Below the pieces are notes generated by a model. The model did not search any database. It worked only from the letters and a program-made list of their open reading frames with translations, and had not been told where the DNA came from. Shown in pieces: positions 37,701 to 48,441 of a DNA stretch of 64,000 bases. The stretch's first letter is position 1; each line of letters starts with the position of its first letter. The DNA is from Asterias rubens (taxonomy: Eukaryota): contig NW_022985716.1 of NCBI RefSeq assembly GCF_902459465.1, positions 1-64,000 on the forward strand, written 5' to 3'. Both the position numbers and the translations under genes were made by a program.

Positions 37701-40700
37701 TCTTTCAATTCCCAAAGACACTCGGGGTATGCAGGTACCCCTGGTTCATGAGAAGCAAAAAGAATTAAGTGTCTTCTTCAAAGACACATGTTTTTGTGAC
37801 TTGGATTTGAACCCCCACTGTGGTGAATCAGCCACCAGAACTTCAGTTTGACAAACTAAAAGTCACTCGGCCACAATACACCAAGAAAATCTATAATTCC
37901 GATGAAATAACTGATTCTGTTTTTCATTTGTTGTCAGTTTATCTTTCCAACTGATGTCAGTTAGTGAGCAGAGAGCTGAACCTTGGATCGCTATGGGTTA
38001 CTATTATTCTGCCAATGCTCTTAGAACAAGTAGGGCTGTCTACTTTGCACAAAAGGTAACAGTGATTGTTGATTTAAATAAGAAGTGTGTTATTATGTGT
38101 ATTATTAGTACATGTAGTAGTATTATCATTATTATTAGTAAAGCATAAACTTGGAGGTCAAATTCTGTTTTAGTAAATTTTTCTTTAACAACCCCAAAAT
38201 TTGATTATTATAAGTACTCTGTTAATTTCTGCTGGCATTTGTAGGAATATTACAATCACTGTTAGAACTCAGAGACAGAATATACATTATTAGTCCTACT
38301 TAACCCCTCCCCAAAAGTTTCCAAATACATCTTATTCGGCAACATTTCAGTAGTTCTTTTCCCTCCTAAACCAATTTTGATGTCTCCATTTTGTAATTGT
38401 GTATATATCTTCTGTTGAAAGTTTGTGTCCTCTATATATTTTCCTGTAGTTCAACCCTTGGACGCCATGGGAAATTTGTTTTTAAAGAATAAACCATTAA
38501 TGAATACTAATTCTCCCGAACAGGCCTACCAGATTGACCCACGTAATGTGCAAGCATTGCTTCTAAAGGGCAGTGTGCTTCAACACATGAGTAAAACGCA
38601 AGAAGCTTTACTCCATTTCAGAGAAGCTGTACGGATGGCTCCATTTAGATTTGAAGCTCACCAAGGTATAATCACCAACAAGAATCGAATAGTCATTCTA
38701 AAAAGAACCTTAGGTTTCAACTCGATGTGTCAATCAGTATCAAAAAGCTTTCTCTAGAAGACGATCAGAGCATACTGATCAAAACGTTGAGTTGAAACCA
38801 ACAGTTCTTTTCAGAACCACCCCAACTCAATTAGCGATTATGATTACATGGTGTTACTGCGAACCTTACTGTATCGTTTTTCTACCATGCAAAGTTTCAA
38901 ACCCTACTTAAAGGCATTGGACATTATTGGTAATTGTCAAAAACCAGTCTTCTCATTTGGTGTATCTCAACATATGCACAAAATAAAAAACCTGTGAAAA
39001 TTTGAACTTAATTGGTCATCGAAGTTGCGAAATAATAATGGAAGAAAAAACACCCTTGTCACACAAAGTTGTGTGCTTTCAGAATCTAATTCTGAGGTCT
39101 CGAAATCAAATTTGTGAAAAATTACTTCTTTTCTAAAACTTTGTTACTTCAGAGGGAGCCGTGTCTCACAATGTTTTATACTATCAATCGCTGTCCATTA
39201 CTCGTTTGGTAAGTTTTTATGCTAATAAATATTTTGAGTAATTACCAATAGTGTCCACTGCCTTTAATGAAATAGTCATCATCATTTCATTTCCAGACTT
39301 TTATCTGATTTCAGACTTTTGAAGTCAGTCTGCTGTTGAAGGAAATCAGCTGTGATTTTGTTCATATTATAACTAAATCCTGCTCTTTGTTCTATTTTTA
39401 CTATGCTGATGATACTGTTCCTAAAAGCTTCTTGAAATCTTCACCCCCTCAAGTTGTTATTCTAGTTTAAGACTTTTTTGTTAGCAATGAATCCCACACG
39501 TCATCCTAAGGTCATTCTGAAAATCTGTGTGCATTTTCATAGATTTGGTTTAGCACATAAAGTATCTAAGCACAGCAATATTATGCTAACCAGTTACCAG
39601 CCAAAGTACCATGTCACAATGTACCATCTGTGACGTGGCTGGAGCAGTTTGACATGTATGAAATTCATGGCTCGAAATTAGCACTGGACCATAGGCTCAA
39701 GTTTTGTGGTTTTAACAATGGGCCAGTAAACCTACAATGGGCCAGTAAACCTACAATGGGCCAGTAAACCTACAATGGGACAAAAGTGATGGTCTTGTGT
39801 TTTGCATTTGAATAAAATACCTTGTTGTGTAATTTTGTTGTGAAAATCATTTGACTGTGAATGTGATAATTATCTTTCAATTCTTTTTTAAGAGTATCAA
39901 AATACACTAAGTTGCGCATAAAAACAGATGAACCAGAGCTGCTCTGAGTGCATAACTTAGAAAACTTCTTGTCTGCTAGTCCATACAAATTTTGAGCTAC
40001 AAGTCTTGCGGACTTTCCTCAAAATTCCAGCTCTGTAGCAAAAATATTGGCAAGAAAAACTCTACAAATTCTGTGCTGTACAGTTTATTTTGTTTGCCCC
40101 CTCTTAACAACTTTGCATTTCTGTTTTGATATCCAGGTCTCGTCGACTGTTATGTAAAAGCAAGCAGAATCCGAGAAGCTTTAACTACAGCGTCCAACGC
40201 TTGTAAGGTCCTGAGTAACAGTGCTCGGTCATTGACGCTCTTTGCCTCAGTCCTTGCTAAAGATAGCCTATCTGTGGACAAGGTAAATACTGTTATATCC
40301 AACATCATGTCAATAGGAGACTTTAAAACGCTAGGTTTAGAAGTCTTGTGGTCGAGCAGTTGAGAGCACCAAATACAAACTCTGGTGTTTCTGATCAGCA
40401 GATTGTGGGTTGGAGTCACTTGTGTCCTTAAAGACACTGGACATATTTGTAATTGTGAAAGACCAGTCTTCTCACTTGGTGGATTTTAACATATGCATAA
40501 AATAAAAAACCTATGAAAATTTGAGCTCAATTGGTCGTTGAAGTTGCGAGATAATAATGAAAGAAAAGCACTCTTGTTTTTAAGATACTTGATTTCGAGA
40601 CCTCAAATTCTAAATTTGAGGTCTCGAAATCAAAATGGGGGAAAATAACTTCTTTCTCAAAAACTATGTTGCTTCAGAGGGAGCCATTTCTCACAATGTT

Positions 40701-43700
40701 TTATTATATCAACGGCTCTTCATTACTTGTAACCAAGTAGTTTTTAAGCTAAAAATAATTTTGAGTAATTATCAATAGTGTCGACTGCCTTTAAGCAAGA
40801 CACTTGACCATTGCTTCGTCCTTAGGATGGGATGTAAAGCCGTTGGTCCTGTGTGTTGTGTAACGCACTTTAAAGAACCAGACTTACCGGGTAAATTTTC
40901 ATTGTTTATGTAGAACTGAGCAGGCACACATTTCCAAGAACAATGGATTTACCTGGTAAGGCTGCTGTCACCTCGCGTCCAAAAAGTTTTGTACCCCAAA
41001 GATTTACACTGTTATTAATATGTGCTGATTTCTTAGTTTTTGTTTTCTCAACTTTGCCTGCAATTTTTGTGCGTGATGTTTTCTTCCCAATTTTCACAGA
41101 GCTGAGGAAGGTACTGAGGGCATGAACAGTGCTAACATGAGGAAGGTACTGAGGGCATGAACAGTGCTAACATGAGGAAGGTACTGAGGGCATGTACAGT
41201 GCTAACATGAGGAAGGTACTGAGGGCATATACAGTGCTAACACACATCTGTGTCTGGGTAAAACTCAAATTAATATTCTTTATCCTGATGCAAATTTCCA
41301 TCTATTAAAGGCAAAGTCGATGTTGGAGAAAGCCTTGGCACAAGAACCTACTTACTTAGAGGCAGTGTATCTCTTAGCGGAGGTACTGGGTGAAGAACAA
41401 CGCTACACAGCTGCCATTGACCTGTGAGTATGTCTTTATATATTTACGGTAATGAAAAAAAGGAGGCCTCAAAGTAAACATAAGCTTTACAGCTATGACC
41501 GTTGCTAAGGGTGTTGCTCAGGACGTTTTTAACCTCAACACTTGGAAGACGTGTGATGTCCCCGTAGCCAAAGCTGTAGCCACCACTTCGGACACTGCCT
41601 TAATCACTGTAGCTCACAAGCCTGAGGAAACCTGTAAATGGGGTGCTTGATGTGTGAACCAGAAACACCAGGGCTAGCCCCTACTCTCACATGAAAAGTG
41701 TTCTGGGGTCCATTTCACAAAGGGTTAGAAATTGTCCTTACTTAGGACTAGTCCTAGGAGATATTAAACACTTAAGGCTACACTTAAGTTAGGACGAGTA
41801 GCTCATCCTAGTTCTTGATAAGAGTAGTCTTAACACACAAGGACACAAGTGCCACGACAGGGACTCGAACCTACCCTCTGCTGATCAGAAACACCAGAGC
41901 TTCAGTCAGTCTGGGGTTCTTTACCTCTATGCCATGACACATCATAGATCTTTTTCGCAAATACTGAGGCGTGCGCGTAAAGCTTAGATTAGGTGCATTG
42001 TGGTCTAGCTGGTGATTAAATTTGATCCATATCTATCCCACAATGCACCTCATTCAACAGTCTGCGCTTGCGCAATGGTATTTGCGAAAAGGTCTATGTA
42101 CTTGTTGTATTTAGATGAAAGAAATAAAACCTGGAGACTACTGAGCGGGTTTGAATCCACGTGACACAGTTGTGCAACCGCTTAGAGTGTGCGCTCAATT
42201 TGACTTAAAGGCAATTTGGGATTGTTTGGCTAAGATAGTTATTGACACAAAGTCATTTGAAAACTTAGAAAAAACCGTAATGCAAGTTGCCATTTTGCAA
42301 TACACTCATATTACATGATATAACTTTGCTGCATGTATCAATACATCGTGTCCATCAGCATGACACACTCTTAAAGGCAGTAGACACTATTGGTAATTAC
42401 TCAAAATAATTATTATCATAAAACCTCACTTGGTAACGAGTAAAGAGGAGAGGTTGATAGTATAAAACATTGTGAGAAACAGCTCCCTCTGAAGTGACGT
42501 AGTCTTCGAGAAAGAAGTAATCTTCCACAAATTTAATTTGATTTCGGGACCTCAGATTGAGAGTTTGAGGTCTTGAAATCAAGCATCTGAAAGCACACAA
42601 CTTCGTGTGACCATGGTGCGACAAGGGTGTTTTGTCTTTCACTAATATCTCGCAACTTCTACGACCGATTGAGTCCAAATTTCACAGGTTTGTTATTTTA
42701 TGCATATGTTGAGATAAACTAATTGTGAAGACTAGTCTTTGACAATTACCAATAGTGTCTTTAATAATAATCAACAATCTGTTTTCCTCATTTCTAAAAA
42801 AAAGTGGGACTTTTGAAGCAAAAACGATCTTTTTCAGGTTTAACACCATGACCATCTGTAAAACATGTACATTCGTGGCACTGTATGCAATGGAGGAGTC
42901 CAACCTGGGCTTGCAAATTTTATAAATTAGTTCACATTTCAATCACACCAATAATGTGTACACCCTTTCCCACACAGAAATAAGAAGTGTCTTACTTTTG
43001 TCCAAATACATTTTTTTATGTGGTGAAAAAACATTTCTAATTGATATACTGGTATGCTTTACTTAAGACTACTCATGGGGTGTGCTGACTGGTTATAAGA
43101 GCACCCAATTGAAACTCTGGGTGTTTCTGCAGAGTTTGGGTTTGAGTTCCTTTCATGGCACTTGTGTCCTTGAGCAAGATCCTTTATCATAATTGCTTTG
43201 TCCTTCGGTTGGGATTTTACTATTATCAAGCTGTTATTAAGGAGTTGAAACCAACGGTTCATTTCAGAACCATTTAGAGATAGTCATAACATTTTGTTAT
43301 CAAAAACCTTTCCATATTATATTATGAAGCCATAGGTCCTGTGTAGTTAAAATAAAAGAACCCAGAACACTTAACTGCGGAAGAGTAGGGGCTACCAAGC
43401 ACCCTTGATTACTTGTTTCTTCAGGCTTTTGCCATTTTGTAGTTTCCTTTGCAAGTTTATAATCTTGTGTTTATTTGTTTGTCTTGTGTTTTTTAAGGAC
43501 CCAAATGGAAATACATGTGAGCTGTTTTGTAATCAGCTTTTTGGATATTCTTGGCTTTTAATCAGTGTAAATTTTATGTAATTCCTCTGTATACGCAGAA
43601 TGTTAATGGTGAATAAAAGTATGATAATAAGGGAATTAATGTGTGGTGAAGAGGTTTTCAAGTAGTGGTTAAAACCCGCCGAGGCCTGGTTCTTGATATG

Positions 43701-46216
43701 TTTACCGAGACAAAGTCGAGGTAAACTATCAAGAACCAGGCCTCGGTGGGTTTAAACCACAAGTTGAAAACCGATTCAACACACTTTGATTCCCATTCAT
43801 AAATACCCTTACGGTAAAAAAACATCAACACTTTTTGGTCAAAAAGTAAAATAAGTGCAAAAATTATAATTGTTCAATGATTTCCTTCAACACAACACCC
43901 CTCCAGCTATGAAATGGTAAGGCCCTTGGGTAAACAACTCCTTAAAAGGGAATGCTGTACGCGTCGCGCGTATCGCGTGATGTGGCACAACTGTCCTGGC
44001 CGTTGCTCTCAACCAATAGGAATGAAGAAACTGTCTTATAAGCACAGGTGCAAGCTCGAGTGTCACACCCGTGTTTCTACACTTTTACTGGTCATTATCA
44101 AAGGTTTAAGCACCACCACGTGACGCCCTCTCCACCAATAGGAATAGCGTAACTGTCTTAGGTATTTATGAATTATTAATATTAATACTACGCCCAGAAG
44201 CTCCTTGAATACTTCATCTCTGTGGTGTACTAAAGTGTGAAAATACCATCTGTTCATTTTTTTATCAAATTTGGATCATATTTTCATATCTTTCTGTTTC
44301 CTGACTCTATCCAGTGTTTCTTGAAGTGATTATATTCAATTCAAGAAGCATTTATTTCATACTGACTCAATAATAAGGTACAAACATTGTAGACATTTGT
44401 ATCACACTATGATTTAACTGAAAATGTATGTAAATGAGTCGATATGGAGGGAAAAGGTGAAGCAAACAATGTTACTTTTGTTCTTGTCCCTATGTGACAG
44501 ACAAAACAAACACAAGCTGACAGCTGACACCAAACAAACATAACCGATACAATTATTTGGTTTTTAATCTTGCCCCAATTTGTGTAAGCTTCAGAGCTGG
44601 CAGAGCTCAAATGAACAGGGAAAATATCCCCAGGCTACTTGGGTTGGGTGTCAAGCCCCCCCCCCACAACCAAGCAGATGTTATAATTCACAAATATACC
44701 TGATCCCAAATAAAACTCAAGATCTCAAAAACTCACGATTGCTAAGTAACAAATCTAAATTTAACAACCGTCTGTTCAGTTTTTCAAATCATTCCAAACC
44801 ATTAAACCTAAGTGGTATTATAAGAGATGTTAAATTTGCATCGGGGATAAAGAATATTATTTTTTGTTTTTTTTTACCCATACACCGATGTGTGTTAGCA
44901 CTGAACACTCAGTACTTTCCCGAGTCCTGTGACAAAATATCACAGGCATGTTACTCGGGTGGGATTCGAACCCACGACCCTTGCAATTCTAGAGCAGTGT
45001 CTTACCAACTAGACTACCGAGGTTGCCCGGCAGCTAGAGGCAGTTGGAGTCCTATGTTTTGGCAGCGGGTACCGCAACAATATAAGAGATGTTGAATTTG
45101 CATCGGGGATAAAGAATATTAATTGGTTTTTTTTTTTACCCATACACCGATGTGTGTTTAGCACTGTATACTAAGTGGTATTAATTACATCGTCACTCTG
45201 CATTTTAGTTGGAAATTATAAGTCCTTCTCATCCCTTGTTTTGGTTTCTGTGTTTATATTTCTCAGACTTCGACGCCAACTCCAACAACAAAGTACATGC
45301 CAGCTACACCAGATGCTCGGTGACTTTCTGTCTCTGAATAATGACCTGCAAGAAGCTTTGGATCAATACAGTGTAGCTCTAGGGTAGGTAGAAAAAACAA
45401 CAACTTCACTTTGGAACCCTTTACGCACGTCACATGCGCCGACTGTGCCTCGCTCAACATTTGGTGGGCAATGTGTAAACGCTGCGTCGCCAAAATGCGC
45501 ACATCACTGAATAGCGCACAGAGACATTGCCCACCAAAAGGGCGCATTGAAGGTTATTCTGATGATGACGTCAGGTGAATTGGGTCAATAGTTGTAGACA
45601 ATGCACTCCAACATGCGAGTTGCTTGGGGCGTGGTACGTAGAGATTCAAATAAGTCATATGAGAGTTTAAAGCCAGTGGACACTATTGGTAATTGTCAAA
45701 GACCAGTCTTCTCACTTGCTGTATCTCAACATATGCATAAAATAACAAACCGGTGAAAATTTGGTCATCGAATTTGAAAGAGAATGTTGAAAGAAAAAAC
45801 AACCTTGTGTGCTTGCAGGTGAATAATAAAATAAAAGGCTTTGGCTGAAGTATTCTATTTATGTGAGAAATTACCTCTTTCTCAAAATCTACGTTACTTG
45901 AGAGGAAGCCGTTTTTCACAATGTTTTATTACTATCAACAGCTCTTCTTTGCTTGTTACAAAGTCAGTCTTTTTTTTTTATTAGTTACCAATAGTGTCCA
46001 GTGCCTTTAATGATTGATTGTTTTCACCATCCTTTCCGTAGGTTGGATCCAACAAACAAGAAAGTCTTAGAAGGAATTCAGAAAGTTGAGAAGGTTACAG
46101 ACAACGTGGATCTTGGTCAGGAAGATGATATGGAGGCACTTGAGGAGAGTGGGGAAGATGTGGATTATGACGCCAGTGATACTGAAGTCTCCTGGGCTGA
46201 TAATGAGGTCAGTTAA
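25715..46216 (+). CDS. ANAPC7: Anaphase-promoting complex subunit 7 (TPR subunit), at least 14 coding exons, about 562 aa
   Basis: Exons 25715-25783, 29240-29362, 29820-30002, 31233-31348, 31778-31891, 33072-33159, 33587-33682, 35892-35980, 37938-38055, 38524-38665, 40137-40282, 41311-41423, 45267-45383 and 46042-46207/46216. All introns are GT-AG and phase-compatible. Peptides such as KYQLQVYYADALF, LPSELNVRY, PLALEAVLGLLSLAVKG, KGMDIYAYLLARE, AEPW, VQALLLKG..HFREAVRMAP and LGDFL..EALDQYSVAL match human APC7 as recalled. The terminal exon is uncertain. Confidence 0.95.
25834..26933. mobile_element. 1.1-kb non-autonomous Mutator-like element with about 330-bp TIRs and 9-bp TSD
   Basis: GGGTGTTGGTAAAAGTCGGAGG...CCTCCGACTTTTACCAACACCC with TACAATTAT on both sides (25825-25833 and 26934-26942). 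Confidence 0.85.
27305..28199. mobile_element. 895-bp foldback element, TAG..CTA termini, 9-bp TSD (Academ- or MULE-type)
   Basis: Inverted arms of about 380 bp; CAAATTTAC duplicated at 27296-27304 and 28200-28208; nested in a small MITE. Confidence 0.85.
28365..28978. mobile_element. 614-bp element with TAGTTGC(G/C)ATAACGTAACCCTCC TIRs and 9-bp TSD
   Basis: TAAATTAAT / TATATTAAT flanks (one mismatch); same terminal motif as 27305-28199. Confidence 0.8.
29993..30622 (+). repeat. 21-bp minisatellite containing the ANAPC7 exon-3 5' splice site, 30 donor copies
   Basis: Unit CCTAATCGCAGTA|GTAAGTAC; the first copy overlaps the exon end at 30002. Confidence 0.95.
31644..31684 (+). ncRNA. Penelope-type minimal hammerhead ribozyme-like motif (degenerate)
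   Basis: GGCCT-TCGAGAA-A-GACCCT gct AGGGTT-GAAAC-GTC-AGGCC: 5-bp stem I, stem II hairpin, GAAAC-GUC with ACGT palindrome. Core deviations are U4->C and C11.1->U. Confidence 0.5.
31920..32294. mobile_element. Kolobok-type MITE family B (internally palindromic)
   Basis: TTAA-AGGAACACATTGCCCTGGATCGG...CCGATCCAAGGCAACGTGTTCCT. Confidence 0.85.
33849..34195. mobile_element. Kolobok-type MITE family A, one end truncated
   Basis: TTAA-AGACACTGGACACTATTGGT start and the shared family body. Confidence 0.75.
35399..35850. repeat. 40/41-bp minisatellite, about 11 copies, ANAPC7 intron 7
   Basis: Unit AAACAGCAGTGCAAGTAAGTAAAGCACCTGGCATTGGGAAT. Confidence 0.95.
36298..36583. repeat. 20-bp minisatellite (AACTAGGGTTGACCATAACC)n, about 14 copies
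   Basis: Directly visible. Confidence 0.95.
36632..36978. mobile_element. Kolobok-type MITE family A
   Basis: TTAA flanks; ends CCAATAGTGTCCACTGCCT. Confidence 0.85.
37022..37535 (+). mobile_element. 319-bp tandem unit (about 1.6 copies) with an internal 73-nt tRNA-like core at 37120-37192 and 37439-37511
   Basis: GGCTAGA-TA-GCTCAGTTGGTAGAGC-G-CCGGC ACGTTAA TCCGG-AGGTC-GTTGG TTCGAAT CCCAC-TCTAGTC-A, with A and B boxes intact. The same core occurs at 48369-48441 (-), with fragments at about 30636 and 33340. Confidence 0.75.
38751..38791 (+). ncRNA. Decayed Penelope-type hammerhead-like motif
   Basis: CTC-TAGAAGA-C-GATCAG agcata CTGATC-AAAAC-GTT-GAG; an inverted partial copy lies at about 38692-38740. 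Confidence 0.4.
38912..39263. mobile_element. Kolobok-type MITE family A
   Basis: TTAA-AGGCATTGGACATTATTGGTAAT...ATTACCAATAGTGTCCACTGCCT-TTAA. Confidence 0.88.
40432..40790. mobile_element. Kolobok-type MITE family A inserted in a tRNA-SINE
   Basis: GTGTCC-TTAA[element]TTAA-GCAAGACAC splits the SINE consensus GTGTCCTTAAGCAAGACAC. Confidence 0.85.
41068..41302 (+). mobile_element. Fragment of the 262-bp tRNA-core element with an amplified 37-bp subunit, abutting the ANAPC7 exon-12 acceptor
   Basis: CAGTGCTAACACACATC.GTGT.TGGGTAAAA..ATTAATATTCTTTATCC.GATGCAAATTT matches the reverse complement of 44821-44905. Confidence 0.75.
41945..42095. mobile_element. About 150-bp MITE (AGACCTTTTCGCAAATAC TIR, AT target)
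   Basis: Same family as 56629-56780; both copies sit in a C-AT-G context. Confidence 0.8.
42375..42760. mobile_element. Kolobok-type MITE family A (opposite orientation)
   Basis: TTAA-AGGCAGTAGACACTATTGGTAATTAC start; TTAA at the end. Confidence 0.85.
43625..44180. mobile_element. Non-TIR repeat with an internal palindrome of about 50-bp arms (Crypton-like non-autonomous element?)
   Basis: 43655-43770 is an inverted repeat around an asymmetric core; its 3' part recurs at about 10730-10800. Confidence 0.5.
44821..45170 (-). mobile_element. Terminally redundant 262-bp-period element with an internal tRNA-like core and 13-bp TSD
   Basis: Direct repeats of about 88 bp at 44821 and 45083; CTAAGTGGTATTA at 44808-44820 and 45171-45183; A/B-box tRNA-like segment on the minus strand at about 44952-45023. 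Confidence 0.8.
45671..46006. mobile_element. Kolobok-type MITE family A
   Basis: TTAA flanks and TIRs AGCCAGTGGACACTATTGGTAA. Confidence 0.85.
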
Positions 46217-47150
46217 TATTGATTATTGGTAATTATATTGATTATTGGTGAGATATTGGTTATTGGTGAGATATTGATTATGAGGTAAAACATAGTTATA
46301 CATAATTACTATGAGATGAGATATTAATGATTATAATGTGATCAGATTTTGATTAAATATAAATTTGGTTTGCAGTAACACCATTTGTTAGTCTACTTGC
46401 TGGGTAGATTTTGTTCTTTAGAGAACTGTCTTGCTATATATTCTACTACAACAGAGTTGTTCGTTTTTTTCCCGGAGACTTCTCAGTTCTGAACAAAACT
46501 GTCCTGCTTTTAAACTACCTTCTGGGCGGAAGGTAGAAAATGGGCTAGGTCTACTACTTTAGCTTATAGGATCGTTATTAACTGATAAAAAGCAATATTG
46601 ATCAAAGCAATATATTGAGTATTAGGTAAGATACATACTAATTCTTGTTTAGCAACTTTCTTGGAGAACCTCACCAGTGTTGTGAGAATTGCGGAAAGAG
46701 TCCGAACACTATCATTGTCCGGAGCTTTAATCTGAAGTGTATTCTTTGTTTCCTCGACAGTGGTTCAGCTAGTAATGACTGTCCACCATCTTGACCTCCA
46801 GGATGAAACCAAATCATTGAGCTACAGCGGCCAGCTACAAGAGGACCCCCCAAAACTGGTTCATCTAGTAGTATAAGTGTGACCCAAGTATGCATAGTTC
46901 AGTTTATATTTGGCACACCTTGAGCAAGTTCATGTGTGCGTATTGAGGCGACTGCTGACCAGCAACAAAGATGCGCAATGAGGCACTCATTCAAACCACT
47001 CATTTGGAAGCCTAGTCAACCGTCCGTACCACGGTACTTAACACTCCATTGCCTTCCGCGTTTTCACTTAAGTGTCACTGGTTCCCCTCTGCGCTTAACA
47101 CTGTTAGCATGGAACAGGCTATTGGGACCAGTGAAAAAAACAATGTTCTG

Positions 47151-47912
47151 AGGCTGGTTCCAAACGGTCAACCACAGTATTCAACCAATGGTCAACCAGC
47201 CTGGGTTCGAGTCAAATAGTCAACCTCTAGTTAACCATGGTGTCCTGAGGCTGGTTCCAAACGGTCAACCACAGTATTCAACCAATGGTCAACCAGCCTG
47301 GGTTCGAGTCAAATAGTCAACCTTTAGTTAAAGGCAGTGGACACTATTGGTAATTACTCAACATAATTGTTATCATAAAACCTTTCTTGGTGACGAGTAA
47401 TGGGGAGAGGTTGATGGTATAATACATTGTGAGAAACGGCTCCCTCTGAAGTGCCATAGTTTTCGAGAAAGAAGTAATTTCCACGAATTTGATTTCAAGA
47501 CCTCGGATTTAGAACTTGAGGTCTCGAAATCAACCATCTAAACGCACACAAATTCGTGTAACAAGGGTTTTCTCTTCTTTCATTATTATCTCACAACATT
47601 GATGACCAATTGAGCTCAAATTTTCACAGGTTAGTTATTTTATGCATATCTTGAGATACATCAACTGTGAAGGCTAGTCTTTGACAATTACCAATAGTGT
47701 CCACTGGCTTTAACCATGGTGTCCTGAGGCTGGTTCCAAATGGTCAACCACAGTATTCAACCAATGGTCAACCAGCCTGGGTTCGAGTCAACTAGTCAAC
47801 CTTTAGTTAACCATGGTGTCCTGAGGCTGGTTCCAAATGGTCAACCACAGTAGTCAACCAATGGTCAACCAGCCTGGGTTCGAGTCAACTAGTCAACCTT
47901 TAGTTAACCATG
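47151..47912. repeat. About 97-bp tandem repeat (about 4 copies) interrupted by a MITE
   Basis: Unit AACCATGGTGTCCTGAGGCTGGTTCCAAA..GGTCAACC..GTCAACCTTTAGTT. Confidence 0.9.
47332..47709. mobile_element. Kolobok-type MITE family A with proven TTAA duplication
   Basis: Neighbouring repeat units show the empty site CTTTAGTTAACCATGG. Confidence 0.92.
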
Positions 47913-48368
47913 GTGGACAATGAACTTGGTTCTTGTTGTAACAACCTTCTGACTGGCGACCGCAAATTTATCTTTTTTACAAACAACAAACGCACAACCA
48001 TCGTTCAGTATGATTTGTTAGTGACGATATTGATGAATTGTTTTTGAGTGTGATTCAATCACATCCACTTCACAATCAGTGTTACATGTTTATTTTGTAT
48101 TGCTTCTGCTTGAACTGCTGTGCCATCTTTTAACTAATTCTGAATTTGTTGTTATTTTCCCTGATCTGTGAATTTGTTGTATTTTCCCTGATCTGTCTTG
48201 TGTCAGAGAAGCTGTCATGTCTCATGTTTGTCTGTCATTTTGTTCTGTTTTGTCTTAGTCTGTTTGGCTGGCTGTTTAAACAAAATACCTATCGTTTTTA
48301 GGAACCGCTGGATTGTTTTAATTTTTGTTTTGTAATTTTTTATTTGTTGGGGGGTTTGCACAAAGAAT

Positions 48369-48441
48369 TGACTAGAGTGGGATTCAAACCAACGACCTCC
48401 GGATTAACGTGCCGGCGCTCTACCAACTGAGCTATCTAGCC
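48369..48441 (-). mobile_element. tRNA-like core of the 319-bp family
   Basis: 73-nt reverse complement of 37120-37192 with one B-box substitution. Confidence 0.7.

Noticed and set aside
41100-41110. 11-nt ANAPC7 microexon (CACAG|AGCTGAGGAAG|GTACTG)
   Set aside because: Flanking exons join in phase 0 and align to human APC7 without it; it would frameshift and lies within a repeat.
48259-48279. Candidate terminal ANAPC7 exon (SVWLAV-stop)
   Set aside because: Good acceptor but too short to support by similarity; needs cDNA.
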